DNA of 64,000 nucleotides from Azolla caroliniana (GCA_043228905.1 JBHGNT010000013.1:16120001-16184000); one strand, 5' to 3'; positions 13,411 through 25,265 are shown, counted from the first letter of the stretch. Notes: generated by a model not told the origin, from the sequence alone. Numbers and translations are program-made.

Positions 13411-15449
13411 GTACAAGTATAGTGTGTACTAACACTAGTACTAGGCACGTTGTAATATAGATTGGACTAACATCTAATCCAACAAATGTAGATTGGATTT
13501 TAGTACTAATGTGGTATTTTGCACACAAGTAATACTAAACGTGATATGTGTTCTACACACCTAATTACATAACTTGTACTAATTACACCAACAGTATTAA
13601 TCTTGAACAGTATTAGTACTAAACGTGATATGTGTTTGACACACCTCATTTCCAAATTACACAAACTGTACTAATATTCAGCAATTTACTATACACCTTG
13701 TTCCCAAATTACATAACTAGTACTAATTCCCAAGTTACACAAACAATACTAACAGTCAACAGTGTACTACAAGTATAGTGTCTACTAAACTAGTACTAGG
13801 CAAGTTGCAATATAGATTGGACGATGTTGTACCTTGTTCCCTTTTAGTACTAATTCTGGAAAATATCCCTTCAACTACACATACCAATTATATATTAAGA
13901 GTACTGCCAATACTAACCCACATAATTAGGGTTCAACATATTAGTTGTTAGAGATACACTAATACTAATCCATTGTTCTCCTAAATTTGAAGTATGAATT
14001 GTGGCGTACACTAGTTCTAATCCAAATGTAAATTGACATCATATAATACAAACAATAGAATAGTAGAGCCACATACCATACGGGTGTACTTTTAAACCCC
14101 AAGCATAGTACCACTCAGCCACAATTGTAGTTTTACAGTCCATACATGTATTCTCTTTCTCAAAATGATACTTAGCACATAGCACATGATATGTGTGCAA
14201 GCACGGTGTAATCACAACATCCATAGCCTCCAGCTTGAATCCGAGGCCACAAAATATACACCTGGCAAATTGCAAACACAAGTTATAATATATTAGCTAA
14301 TATGATATTTATACCACAGAAGTAGAAATAAATAACTTTTAAAGCCAATACCGTGATACAGCTATACTAGTAATGGTACTTTCCATACCACTTGGGTGCT
14401 CAATTACAGATGGACACAAAGTTTCAAAACCTTTTTGTTTTAAATCCTGCATCAAGCACACAAGGTTCTCGGAATGCAACTTTAAAGCTGACAACTTATT
14501 ATCTATTTCGGAATGTGCATTCCTGCAAGTATCAAGGTCTCTCATCTGTGAACCTAATTGACTGCCCATATTGTTTAGCTCTTTCTTCAACACCTCACTT
14601 TCTGAATTTTGGATTGTCGATGCAATCCATTCATATGTAGTCTTTAATGAAGAGAATTTCTTTTCTGCCTATATCTCAGCTGATTTAACTGCTTCCAAAT
14701 CAACAAGTAGTGCTTGTATTCTTGAGCTCATAGATGCTATGCAACTGGCCATCATCCGTTCATTCTTTTCAGTCATTGTGGCCCGTACCTTTGCAGATTG
14801 AATTTGGTGGACAGGTATTGTAGCCGGAATATCCACATGAGAGGTTCCCGATTACTTCAAGCCAGTGTTGGTACTAGAGGACCCTTTATAATGTTCTGAC
14901 CGGTGCCGATTAAAATCTACCCAATCTACGTCGATGCCACCCTGAACTTCACATGCAAATGCACGTGCAAAAACAATACCCACCTCATTGTTACAGATTT
15001 GATTTGTATCATAAACATGTTCATATCTCGTCTTCAATAAGTTCACATATTCCCTCTTCAATCCACTTATGTGGAATCCTCGCCTTGTATCGGGATGTGT
15101 TGACCCCCAGGTTTTTATCAACCACTCTCTTAGCTCAAGATAAACTTCAGGTCGTGCTCGAATGAAATAACTCCATCCGAGAGGTGTGTCTCGAATGATG
15201 GAGTGGTATATCTTCTTTCTCTGTGTTGATGAATTCATCACCCTTTCTCTTGTGGGTGTCTTCTTGCTTTCTTTGAGAGGTGTCCTTTTTCCTTCCTTCA
15301 TTGGTGTCTTCACTTTCTCTTTCATCAATGTCTTCTTTATGGATGTCCTTCTCATCATTGTCCTAGTCATCATTATTCTCGTTGAATGAATATGTATGTA
15401 CTAGAATAAAACTCATCAAATTACCATCAACACATAGCAAATCATCACA

Positions 15450-15840
15450 TTGCATGTACAAGCCATGTCAAACACACAAAAACCCTAAATAGTCGGAAGA
15501 AAACTCATCCATGTCTAACACATACAAATTAAAAACAGACAGACAGGAAACACAGAGAAAACGAAAACATAGCAACTCATCATAGCCAACTCCATCTAAG
15601 TTGCATGTACAAACCATGTCAAACACACAACCACCCTAAACAGTCGGAAGAAAACTCATCCATGTCAAACACATACAAATTAAAAACAAACAAACAGGAA
15701 ACACAGAGAAAATGAAAACATACCAGTTGGGCATGCAACACATAGACTATGAATAATCAAAACCTAAAAATGCTCATACAGATACAAATTAAAAACAGAC
15801 GGACAGGAAACACAGAGAAAACGATAACATACCAGTTGGA
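15450..15840. repeat. Degenerate tandem repeat, about 150-bp unit, 2-3 copies
   Basis: TTGCATGTACAA.CCATGTCAAACACACAA...ATACAAATTAAAAACA..CAGGAAACACAGAGAAAA is repeated. Confidence 0.75.
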
Positions 15841-17024
15841 GGCAGATGGAGCCAAGGTCAAAGGCAGAGGTACCACACCTTCGAAGCACACCAAGCCTTC
15901 AAAATCACCTATATGCAAGAGGTTGTTGACGAGGCAGCAGAGGAGACAAACGAGCATACACAAGGAAAGAAAATCAACAACAAGAACATCAATCCGGAGA
16001 AACAGAAATCTCTGCATATACAGAGACAGAGATCGAACCTGGCATAGAGGGGAACACAACAACAACTACGCGGGGAAACAGAGAATCGAAGGTGGAGTGA
16101 GAGAGAGAAAGAGAGAGATAGGTAATAGATATGTGTCGTCTTTCTAACTTTCTGCCTCTGTCTGTCTGACAACTTCGAGAGAGAGACTGAGACTGACCAA
16201 CTATCACATTCCAAACCTTCTCCAGGGTTGCTTTCATACAACTCTACCTAGGAGAATGAAGTTACAATTAATGTATTAAATACGGCCTTGGGACATTTCG
16301 AGTGTGACATATATTATCTTTGTACATTTGAGTGTGACGTAATGAATTTGTTATTTGAAATTGAACACCATTCAATAGATGATAATTGTTTTATTTTCAA
16401 TTTTAATGTTTATTTTCTTCCTCGATTTAGTACTCAATTTTTGGCCAAAAGTTGGTACACCATAGCATGCTTCGACCCTTCTCCTATTTCTTAAAGGTGA
16501 AGAGCGTTGCCGAACGGGAGACAAGCCAGAAAATCAAGTGTCTAAGGTCTGATGGTGTGAAAGAGTATTTTTCCGACCAGTTCTCTAGCTATATGCAAAA
16601 GGAAGGAATTCGACGTGAATTCTCCTAGAGATACATGCCGCAACAGAACGGCGTGACCGAGAGGAAGAATCGGGCGATCGAAGAAGCAACGAGGGAGATT
16701 CTTGAGGAGAAGCATATGCCGAAATTCTACTGGGCCAAAGCCATTAGGACGGTGGTATACCTGTAGAATCAAACTTCTGCAAATGGAGGAGTGTCGCCAC
16801 ACGAGTTGTATTTTGGAAAGAAACCGAATTTGGCACACTTGAGGGTTTTCGGTAGCATTGCGTATGTGCATGTGCCGAAGGAAAAGGGGAGGAAGCTAGA
16901 CGTGAAGTACTTAGATGAGCAAAAGGGTTATAAGTGTTATAACCCCCGATCAAAAGAGGTCCGAGTAAGCCGAGATGTCGTCTTCGATGAGTCGGTTTTG
17001 TGGTACGTGCCTTTACCTCCAACT

Positions 17025-17100
17025 CCCTAACCCTAAAAATAACACTAACCCTAACCGTAACCCTAAAAATAACACCAACCATAAGCCTAACCCTAAACCC
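17025..17100 (+). repeat. Degenerate telomere-like (CCCTAA)n array, 12 hexamers
   Basis: ccctaa ccctaa aaataa cactaa ccctaa ccgtaa ccctaa aaataa caccaa ccataa gcctaa ccctaa; five units are perfect. Confidence 0.85.
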
Positions 17101-18212
17101 TTGCAATAAAAGCCTCTACAACCAACCAACCATCCATCACTCCCTCCCCCGATTTACATGCAACATAGCCACAAACGAACTCCATCCCCCCTTTCAACCT
17201 TAATGGCCCAAGGGCCACATTTTATAAACCAAATAAACTTCCCTCACATCCTTATACCACAATCAACACCGGACACCATCCACCATATGTGTCGGATCCA
17301 CATACTTCAGCACCATACATATCATGCCCGCCATTGACATTCAATAGGAACCAACCACCCACTCACAACGAACTCTGGCACGACCAACACCATCCACAAT
17401 TACAGGCATGGCCGCCACTCCATCTTCGACCTGGTAACGACCATATCTATGGAAATGGAAACGGAAACCATCATACATACCCGTTCTTCCCCTCCAATGT
17501 AAGGCTCCGGACTGTGTATGATAGCCGGCCTATAGATCTACAACCCCCCCTCCATGGCCTGATGCACAGGACTGCACAAGGCAACCGACATGGATACATG
17601 CCCCCTCTCCTCCCAACCCCACGCATGTATTATGAAGAAAACAATGTCTCCCACCTACGTAACCCTAATCTTCCCCACTCCTCTATCCCCCCATGCAACC
17701 TCTCTATACAAACAACTCCCTCCTCCTCCTCCCCCCCTCTCTCTTTCTCTCACTCGTTCCCCCATCCTCCTCCTCATACCCCTTTTTACTTTCTAAATAT
17801 TATATGGATACCCCCTCCCCCTTTTTGTCTAATTCTTACTCTACCCACCCCCTTATTTTGAAGAATTCCATTCAAACCCCCCACAATTTTCTTCCATTTA
17901 TCACTCTACACCTCCCCCATTATCATCTAATTTTCATAATGCCCTTCCCGACCTTTTCTCAAATCCTTACCCTACCCATACCCCTTTAATTAGCCCACAT
18001 CACTCTCATTATACTTATCATTCCCCCCCAACACATCCTCCATATTACATTAATCCCCACCTTTCTTCCTAACACAAAACCCCCCAGTTTTAATTCCAAC
18101 ACTCCCTCACATAGAAACTATAAACACTATAAAAATACATCAAAACCTTGTCCTCCCCCCAAAACCACTAGGAGACCCACAACCTAGTAGACCAAAAAAC
18201 GGATAGCTAGGC

Positions 18213-19702
18213 GTGCTAAACGCGTTAACAAACGGTTTAGACACATCGTACACCCGAGTAAACGTTTATTCTACCTACTTAATAGATCCCCCTCCACCCA
18301 AGACACGTATATATGGTTTGGTGGAAAACAGAAACGATAAAAATATGGGAGTATTTGTTCTAGATAAAGACACATACTACACCAAAGCCATAGAACACCT
18401 CTCGAATTCTACCACCTATAAGAGAGTCAGCCACTTCCCCTTGGAAGAGTTATTATACTGCCTTAATAACATAATAACAAACCACTTAGGTACACTTTCC
18501 CTAATTGAAGCCAATTTCATCCTCCACAAACCCAAAAAAGGATATGAAGTATCCAACCTCTTCCTCCCTAAATTACACAAAACACCTATGGGTTTTCGAC
18601 CCATTTGTTCATATAATAACTCCTTATTTGAACAAACATCGAAGTGGTTACACCACCAACTTCTACAAATCCTCCTTCTCCAACCACAATATCTAAAAGA
18701 CTCTCACACACTAATCTAATCACTAGAAAATCTACACCCACCATCTAATAGTTCCTTATTCACGTTTGACGTTGAATCTCTCTATCCTAGTATCCCCCCT
18801 AAGCTAGGACTCCAAGCCCTACGTAGTCTAATCACCCCCCACTTTTTCCCTTCGAAAACTAATCTCATCTATACCCTTAGTGCCCTTGTTTTAGAATATC
18901 ACTATCTCACTTTCGATGGCGTAGTTTACCAACAAATAAAAGGTATAGCCATGGGTAGCAACTTTTCAGTTGTATATGCATGCCTCTTTTTAGTATATCT
19001 CGAAAAATTACAATCATTGCCCCCCCATTTCTTCTACTTCACCCGCTATATTGATGGTGCATTTGGGGTCTGGATAGGCACCAAATCTCAACTTTTAGAA
19101 TATCTCGACTTTTACCCTTTACACACAAATAACTCCATCAAGCTTACTATTCAAACTTCCCCCTTTAGGCTACCTTTTTAGACATATGGATCAACCTCAA
19201 AAACTCATCTTTTTCATTCAATTGTTTTCAAAAACCTCTCAATTCATACCAATACTTGCCTCTTTCATCGGATCATCCTTCCCATACAAAACAACACTTT
19301 ATCACTAATGAAGTGAGGAGATATCTCATTAGAGAAAGCACCCCATTAGGTTTCTACCAAATGAAAAAACTCTTTTTCAATAGACTAGTTAATCGTGGTT
19401 ACCCTCCTTCCTTTATACTAAAATTCTATAAGAAAATACCTTTTAATCTTAGAAAAACACTCCTATATCAACCCAAAACTACTACCTCCCTTAACCCTAC
19501 AATCTTTAAACTTAGATACACCAAACATACCCCAAAACTAGGCATTCATAGTTTTCTAAAAAATCTCTATAATGACTTAATGTTAGAACCCGAGTTTATT
19601 AGCATCTCACGCCCCTTCATATGTTGGACAAAATCTAAGTCCATAAATGCCCTCCTAGTTAAGACTAAGTTTTCAAAAAATCCACTGAAATCCCCCACTT
19701 AA
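18213..19702 (+). pseudogene. Penelope-type reverse transcriptase, inactivated
   Basis: ORF pieces 18213-18719, 18951-19181 and 19256-19702. In-frame TAA at 18717, catalytic YIDD reads YIDG (19047-19058), and a frameshift lies near 19180. Confidence 0.88.
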
Positions 19703-19780
19703 AACTAAGTTTTCAAACAATCCACCCAAATCCCCCACTTAACACTAAGTTTTCAAATAATTCACCCACATCCCCCATTT
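19661..19780 (+). repeat. 40-bp tandem repeat, 3 copies, spanning the PLE RT stop
   Basis: AA.ACTAAGTTTTCAAA.AAT.CAC...ATCCCCCA.TT at 19661, 19701 and 19741. Confidence 0.9.
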
Positions 19781-19907
19781 AATATTATATTGCCATCCTA
19801 AATCCCCCTTTTTCATCACATTAAGAACTCCCCCCTCACCATCATCATTACACTCATTCTCCCTCTCTCACTCCCAATCACTTTCATACACACATTTCTC
19901 TCTCTCA

Positions 19908-22290
19908 ATGTATAAAGGCTGAAATGCTCAAATGGACGGGAAAGGAAGCACATGTATGGATAAGCGATATGTTTAATGATGCATTGCAACATGGTAGGCC
20001 GTATGATTGGACTACAAATTGCATCAAACCTTTACATAAAGGTGGAGATGTAAATAATGTAAACAACTATCGAACCATCATGGTTGGCTCATTAATGGCA
20101 AAACTATTTGGATGTATAATGGAATCAAAGATAAGTGTATGGGCTAAAAAAAATGGTAAGAGAGCTTATGGACAAGCTAGCTTTCGAACTAATAACTTGG
20201 AGGCGAATGGAAGAACTTGAGGTGCCAAATGAATATATGCTTGCAATTTCCCGAATTTATGAGAAGGTTATGTGTTGTGTGCGCATGAGAGATAAACTTT
20301 CAAATTTTTTCAAAAGCACTATTGGTGTTAAGCAAGGATGCCCACTCTCACCAACACTATTTGGTCTATGCATTAATGAATTAGAAGAAATGGTTACCAA
20401 GTTTGCAAAGGAAGAATGTGTTAAAGAAGTTGCCATTGGGAATGTTGTGATTATGCTTTTGCTATATGCATATGATGTAGTGCTTTTTGCAGATACTTTA
20501 GGAGATGCACAAAAGCTTATGAAGGCAATGGAAAACATTTGCATGCATACTAAATTAAGTGTCAATAGCTCTAAAACAAAGATTATGCTTGTGAAGAGCC
20601 AAAAAAGAGATAAACCATGCATTACATACAACAATGAGCCACTTGAATGTGTGGAAAGCTTCAAATATCTTGGCCTTGAAGTTCCTTCAAATCATAGATG
20701 GAATGAATGTGCTACACGCCGCTTACAAGCGGGTAAGCGAGCATACTATGCATTTGAGAACACATGCAATCTTGGAGATATTAAGTCTTGGGTCCTCAAG
20801 AAATATCTTTTCGACACTTTGGTGACACCAATTCTTCTCTATGGGGTGGAAGTATGGGGCGGTAGCATCCTTAAATCTTGTTAGGAAACAGGTCCCTCTA
20901 GATGGGAAGTGAGAAGAACAGTATTGATGAGCAAACTCGGTCGAGGCCGAAACCAGATGTGGTCCACCTGGCTACGGAAGACCCGGTGTGAACCGGATGA
21001 GGAGTACCCGGCATGAGCCGGATGGTGCAGACCCGGTGAGAACCGGATGAGGAGTACCCAGCTACAAAAGACCCGGTGAGAACCAGATGACGAGTACCCG
21101 GCAAGATCCAAATGATGCAGGCCCGGTGAGGAGCGCTCACCGGATGAAGGGACATATTCGTAAATATGTCTCTGAGAGTCCTTCGGGGCTATATTTGTAA
21201 ATAGCCGAAAAGTCATATTAGTATAAATATGACTTAGGGCAAAACACAGAGTTGTTGTCATTCTTGTTGGCGCAAGACTAGAGAGAGCGTAACAATGTAC
21301 AAAGAGAGAGAGAGAGAGGAAGAGGTTGTTGCCTCTGTTGTAACCGCCGCCTGTGGCGAAGATCGTGAGCGCGAGGTCGTTGCCTCTGCGAGCTCACTGT
21401 TGTAATCATTGTGATATAGTGATAGTTTGGAGTCTGTGGACTCCCGTGGTTTTTCCCTAGTTTGGGTGTAGGGTGTTTGTTTCTACTCCTTGAGACGGGA
21501 TCACTTCCCATTGAGATCATGGCCATGGAAAGGGTTGTTGAATACATGCTTAAGGTTCAAAAAAGTCCCTCACATCGACTTCCTAGAATTGTGTGGGAAG
21601 CAAGCAAAAAGATCCAAAAGACGTATAAAAGCAAAATTTTGTGTTCCGATTGGATGCAAGATATAGAAAAATGCTTTGGTAGATGGGGTGCAAGACACTT
21701 GCTTCATGATGCATCATTAGATTCCTCTATAAATGAGGCCTTTTTGCAACACCAATGTATCATGATATGGGACAAATGTGGAGGCTCATGCTTCACACAT
21801 TATACTACACATGTTGCACCTAACTACAAAACCATATTCTTTGCGGAACAGGGAAATCGTACACATCGATACATGTTAGAGCCCATACCGTTATCTGCCA
21901 TTCGAACCATTGCTTCCATGCGATTTAGCTCACATGCATTGCGATGTGAGACTGGGCGTTGGGGCACAAGTGATGAGAGTGGTCGGCTATGCACACTTTG
22001 CCCTAAACAAGTTCGCGAGTCTGAGTATCACACTTTGATACAATGCTCTGCCTTTGATCATATTCGACCATGCTTTCCACATCTCTTCGACCGAGCCCAA
22101 TCCTTGCATGAATTCCTCTCACAACCACAATGTGCACTCTCAATTGCAACATTCATTGGTAAAGTTCTTGAACATCGAGAATCACTACTCACTTTCACAT
22201 GTATCACGTGAATTGTAATATTTTTGGTCTCATAGGTCATATTTGACCTCCGAAGACGATAATATAATCTATCTATCTATCTATCTATCT
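19908..22290 (+). mobile_element. 5'-truncated non-LTR retrotransposon (RTE/RTEX-like LINE) inside the PLE 3' region
   Basis: RT motifs NNYRTI, GVKQGCPLSPTLF, LLYAYDVVL (YADD mutated) and FKYLG. C-terminal SSHALRCETGRW...CTLC...ESEYHTLIQC. (ATCT)n tail at 22267-22290. Confidence 0.88.
20879..21467 (+). mobile_element. Truncated LTR related to the copia C family, inside the LINE
   Basis: Starts TGTTAGG. Shares GCTATATTTGTAAATAGCC, ATAAATATGACTTAGGGCAAA, CCGCCGCCTGTGGCGA and CTCCCGTGGTTTTTCCC with the C LTR. The 3' end is lost together with some LINE codons. Confidence 0.85.
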
Positions 22291-22404
22291 CATCACCACA
22301 TCCTATTCTATCTCATCTACAACACAAATCAAATCCTCCCCACTCCTTTTCTCTCACTCCCTCTTCCTTCCCACCCCTTTATTAATCACATTCTCTTGTT
22401 GTAA

Positions 22405-22459
22405 TGGTCTTTGCACTGAAGAGCTCCACTATGGAGCGAAACTAGTTTGCCTAAGACCA
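22405..22459 (+). ncRNA. Type I hammerhead ribozyme with minimal palindromic stem III
   Basis: Core CTGAAGA 22416-22422. Stem II GCTCCA/TGGAGC. GAAA 22438-22441, then ACTAGT, with a GUU cleavage triplet at 22445-22447. Stem I pairs GCA/TGC and TGGTCTT/AAGACCA. Confidence 0.88.
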
Positions 22460-25221
22460 CCACCCTCTTTGAATTAAAACATCTCTCTCTCTCTCGCTCT
22501 CTCGCTCTCTCTCATTAGTGTATGTTGCCTACTTTCTCTTGTTTAGCTTAAGCACCCTCTAATCGTCGTGTGCCTATCCCTATGCACTCCATATTCCTAC
22601 CATTTGGTCCTAATAAGATAATTCTGAGGATGAGGCCAGTGAGGCCGAGATGCCCCTTGATGAAGAGGAGATTGGAAATCTAAAAGAGAGTCCGACCTCA
22701 TTTCAGCTAAGTGGGCCAAATGAGCAATTGAGTCGAACTGACCAGTCGGATTAAGAGTTGGCGAGTAGTGGAGACTCGGCCATGTAGTCCCCCCGCCTGA
22801 AATTAAGGAGATGATTTATGTGCAAGGAGAAAGGGAAGATGAAGCTGCCGGAATATGGCACCGAGGCCGAAATGTCGGATCAAAGTGAATTTGTCAAGGC
22901 TAGAAGCAAGGAGGGACCTCCGAAAATGGGGTCGAAGTTGGCCGAGAGGGCCACGAAATCGGCGAACCAGAAGTTGTGTCGATCCACCCACCAAAAGAAT
23001 CCTATAATTCAGTATGGGTACAATGAGTATATGGCACATCATTATGCATATATGGCGACGGTGGCAAATGTGCATGAGCCAGAGACCTACGCAAAAACGG
23101 TGAAGGACGCAAATTGGCGTGCCGCTATGGAGGAAGAGATGTGCATGTTAACAGAGAACGAGATTTGGGACCTGGCTGACGCCCCCAAGGGTGTGAAGTC
23201 GATCGGATGCAGGTGGGTGTACAAGGTCAAGTACAACACCAATAGCTTAGTCAACCGATATAAGGCTTGATTGGTGGCGAAGGGCTATGCGCAAAAACAC
23301 GGCATCGATTACGATGAGACCTTGGCCGGTTGCAAAGATTACGACAGTCCGTGTGTTACTTGTTGTAGCAACGACAAAGAGGTGGCACTTACATCAAATG
23401 GATGTAAAGAACGCGTTCTTGCAAGGTGATCTTCAGGAACAAGTGTACATGGTACAACCCCCCATATTTCTATCCGAACGAAACACCTCGGCAGTTTGCC
23501 GATTGAACAAGTCATTGTATGAACTTAAGCAAGCCCCGTGTGCCTGGAACGCCAAGATCACGCAACGGTTGCTTAGGATGGGCTTTGCTTCATCAAAATC
23601 GGACTCTTCATTGTTCATTCGACCGAGTTAGACTGGACCGATTAGGCTTCTACTATATGTCGATGATCTAGTCATCGTCGGTGCCGACCTCGGAGAAATT
23701 GATCGAGTAAAGTCTCAGCTTGCGGCATCATTCAAAATGAAGGATCTGGGGGACCTTTATTACTTTCTTGGGATCGAAGTGATCCGAACCACCAAAGGCA
23801 TATTGATCAGCCAACACCATTATGTGTTGAATATGCTCTTCAAGTTCGGGATGGTAGATTGTAAGTCCATCTCAACCCCTCTAGACAGAAACGTGAAGCC
23901 TCACCAAAATTCAGGAATGACATGTGACCCGACACGGTTTTGACAAATTGTCGGAAGCCTCATTTATTTGACGATCACTCGGTTGAACCTCAGTTACCCA
24001 ATCAACTTGATTAGACAATTCATGTTGCAACCAAAGGCTGAACACCTTCAGTGCGTGCAAAAGGATATTGCAATATGTTAGCGGCACTAAGGACAGGGCG
24101 TTGTTGTATCAGGCAAGAGTAGCCGTTAAGTTAATCGGAAATGCCGGCGATTTCAGGTCAACATCTGGGTTTGCATTTTCATTGGGAAGCATCGCGATCG
24201 TCTAGAGCAGTAAAAATCAACCAACGATGGCACTGTCGAGCACTGAGGCCGAGTATCGAGGGGCGGTTGTTGCTACATGCAAAGCCATTTGGCTCAAAAG
24301 GCTGTTGAAGGATCTGCAAGTGGAGGTGTCTGAGCTGATAGTTATTTATTGTGACAACCTCAGTAGTATCCAACTCGCGAAGAACCCTGTCTTCCACGCC
24401 TGGACAAAGCACATCGAGGTGCACTATCATTTTGTCCATGAGTGTGTCCTCTCCGGTGAAGTCGAACTGGTGTATGTTCCTATCGATCGGCAGGTTGCCG
24501 ATATCTTCACCAAACCTCTTGACCTAGACAAGTTGCGGCATTTCTTAGGCATGCTTGGTCTTCAACATCTCTATATGTCGAACTTGAGGAGGAGCAGTGA
24601 AGCCGAAAAGGAGAGAGACGAAGTCCAAAAAGCTGAATCGGATGAAGAATTCAATTTCGGCACGACTAAAGAAGTCGGAATGTTCAGATCGACTGGAGAA
24701 GCCGAGGATGCATGGACAAATGGAAGAATATCGGCTAAGAAGAGACTACCTAGATGCAGGGGGAGCGGCCAAAAGAGAGAGCCAAAGCTAGAGCCAACAA
24801 AGCCAAGGGGAAGTGAAGCCAAGAAGGGCAACGAAGGCGACAAAGTTGAAAAGGACAGAATTGACCGAGCGAAGACCAAGACATGGGCAGATTTGGTCAA
24901 GGTCCTGAAGGAGGACGAATTGGAGAAAACCAATTTGGACAAGAGCTGGAACGAATCAGAACCAGCTGATTCAATCATGGAAGGTGATTCAGACGAGCCG
25001 AAGTACACAAAGGTCAAGCGGACAAGGATGCGGCCGAAACCGAAGCCAACACGAAGGAGGCGACGAGTTGAGGGGCGCCAATACCGCAACAACAAGGGAG
25101 CTTACAAGCCGACCATGAGGGTCGAGGTGCGTGGAACCAACTGAGTCGAGGTGCGTTGGACCGAAGGGGTCATGGGACGCAAGGCCAAACTAGACGAGGA
25201 GCACGAGCGAGGCGTTAAGGG

Positions 25222-25265
25222 TTGTATTATCATATTGTTTTAATAGCAAACATTGATTTACGAAA

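Larger units (their letters stand above)
10958..15960 (-). pseudogene. Decayed multi-exon gene: acidic/basic N-terminus, unknown domain, coiled coil, RING-H2 finger, repeat-rich acidic tail; probably a DNA-transposon accessory gene
   Basis: RING-H2 pattern CIFC...PCLHTYHVLC...CMDC in an AG/GT-bounded exon at about 14078-14263. Domain PLGWSYF...IDVDWVDF in ORF 14852-15373. Coiled coil about 14350-14800 with in-frame stops. Small exons near 12350-12410 and 12500-12740. 28-aa and 21-aa repeats in ORF 10958-11731. Confidence 0.6.
17027..22615 (+). mobile_element. Penelope-like retroelement (PLE), no GIY-YIG endonuclease visible, with telomere-like 5' cap and 3' hammerhead ribozyme
   Basis: PLE RT motifs DKNMG..Y..HLSN..TY, LPKLHK.P..RPICS, FTFDVESLYPSIP, QIKGIAMGSNFS, RYIDG and QKPLNSYQYLPLSSDHPSHTK. 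The ORF stops at 19702 with no nuclease after it. The sense strand is C/A-rich. Boundaries are set by the rejoined copia D frame. Confidence 0.85.
16480..25215 (+). mobile_element. Ty1/copia element D, degenerate and truncated, split by the Penelope-like insertion
   Basis: Integrase 16480-17026 (CLRSDG, HLRVFGSIAYVH, SRDVVFDES). The frame resumes at 22616 (PTP|DNSEDEASE). RT about 23040-24000 with YVDDLV. RNase H in ORF 24227-25144. Many stops and no LTR found. Confidence 0.88.

Noticed and set aside
18295-18330. KTRIYGLVE as a possible GIY-YIG motif
   Set aside because: No second YIG motif or downstream Arg/Glu pattern, and it directly precedes the RT DKN motif.
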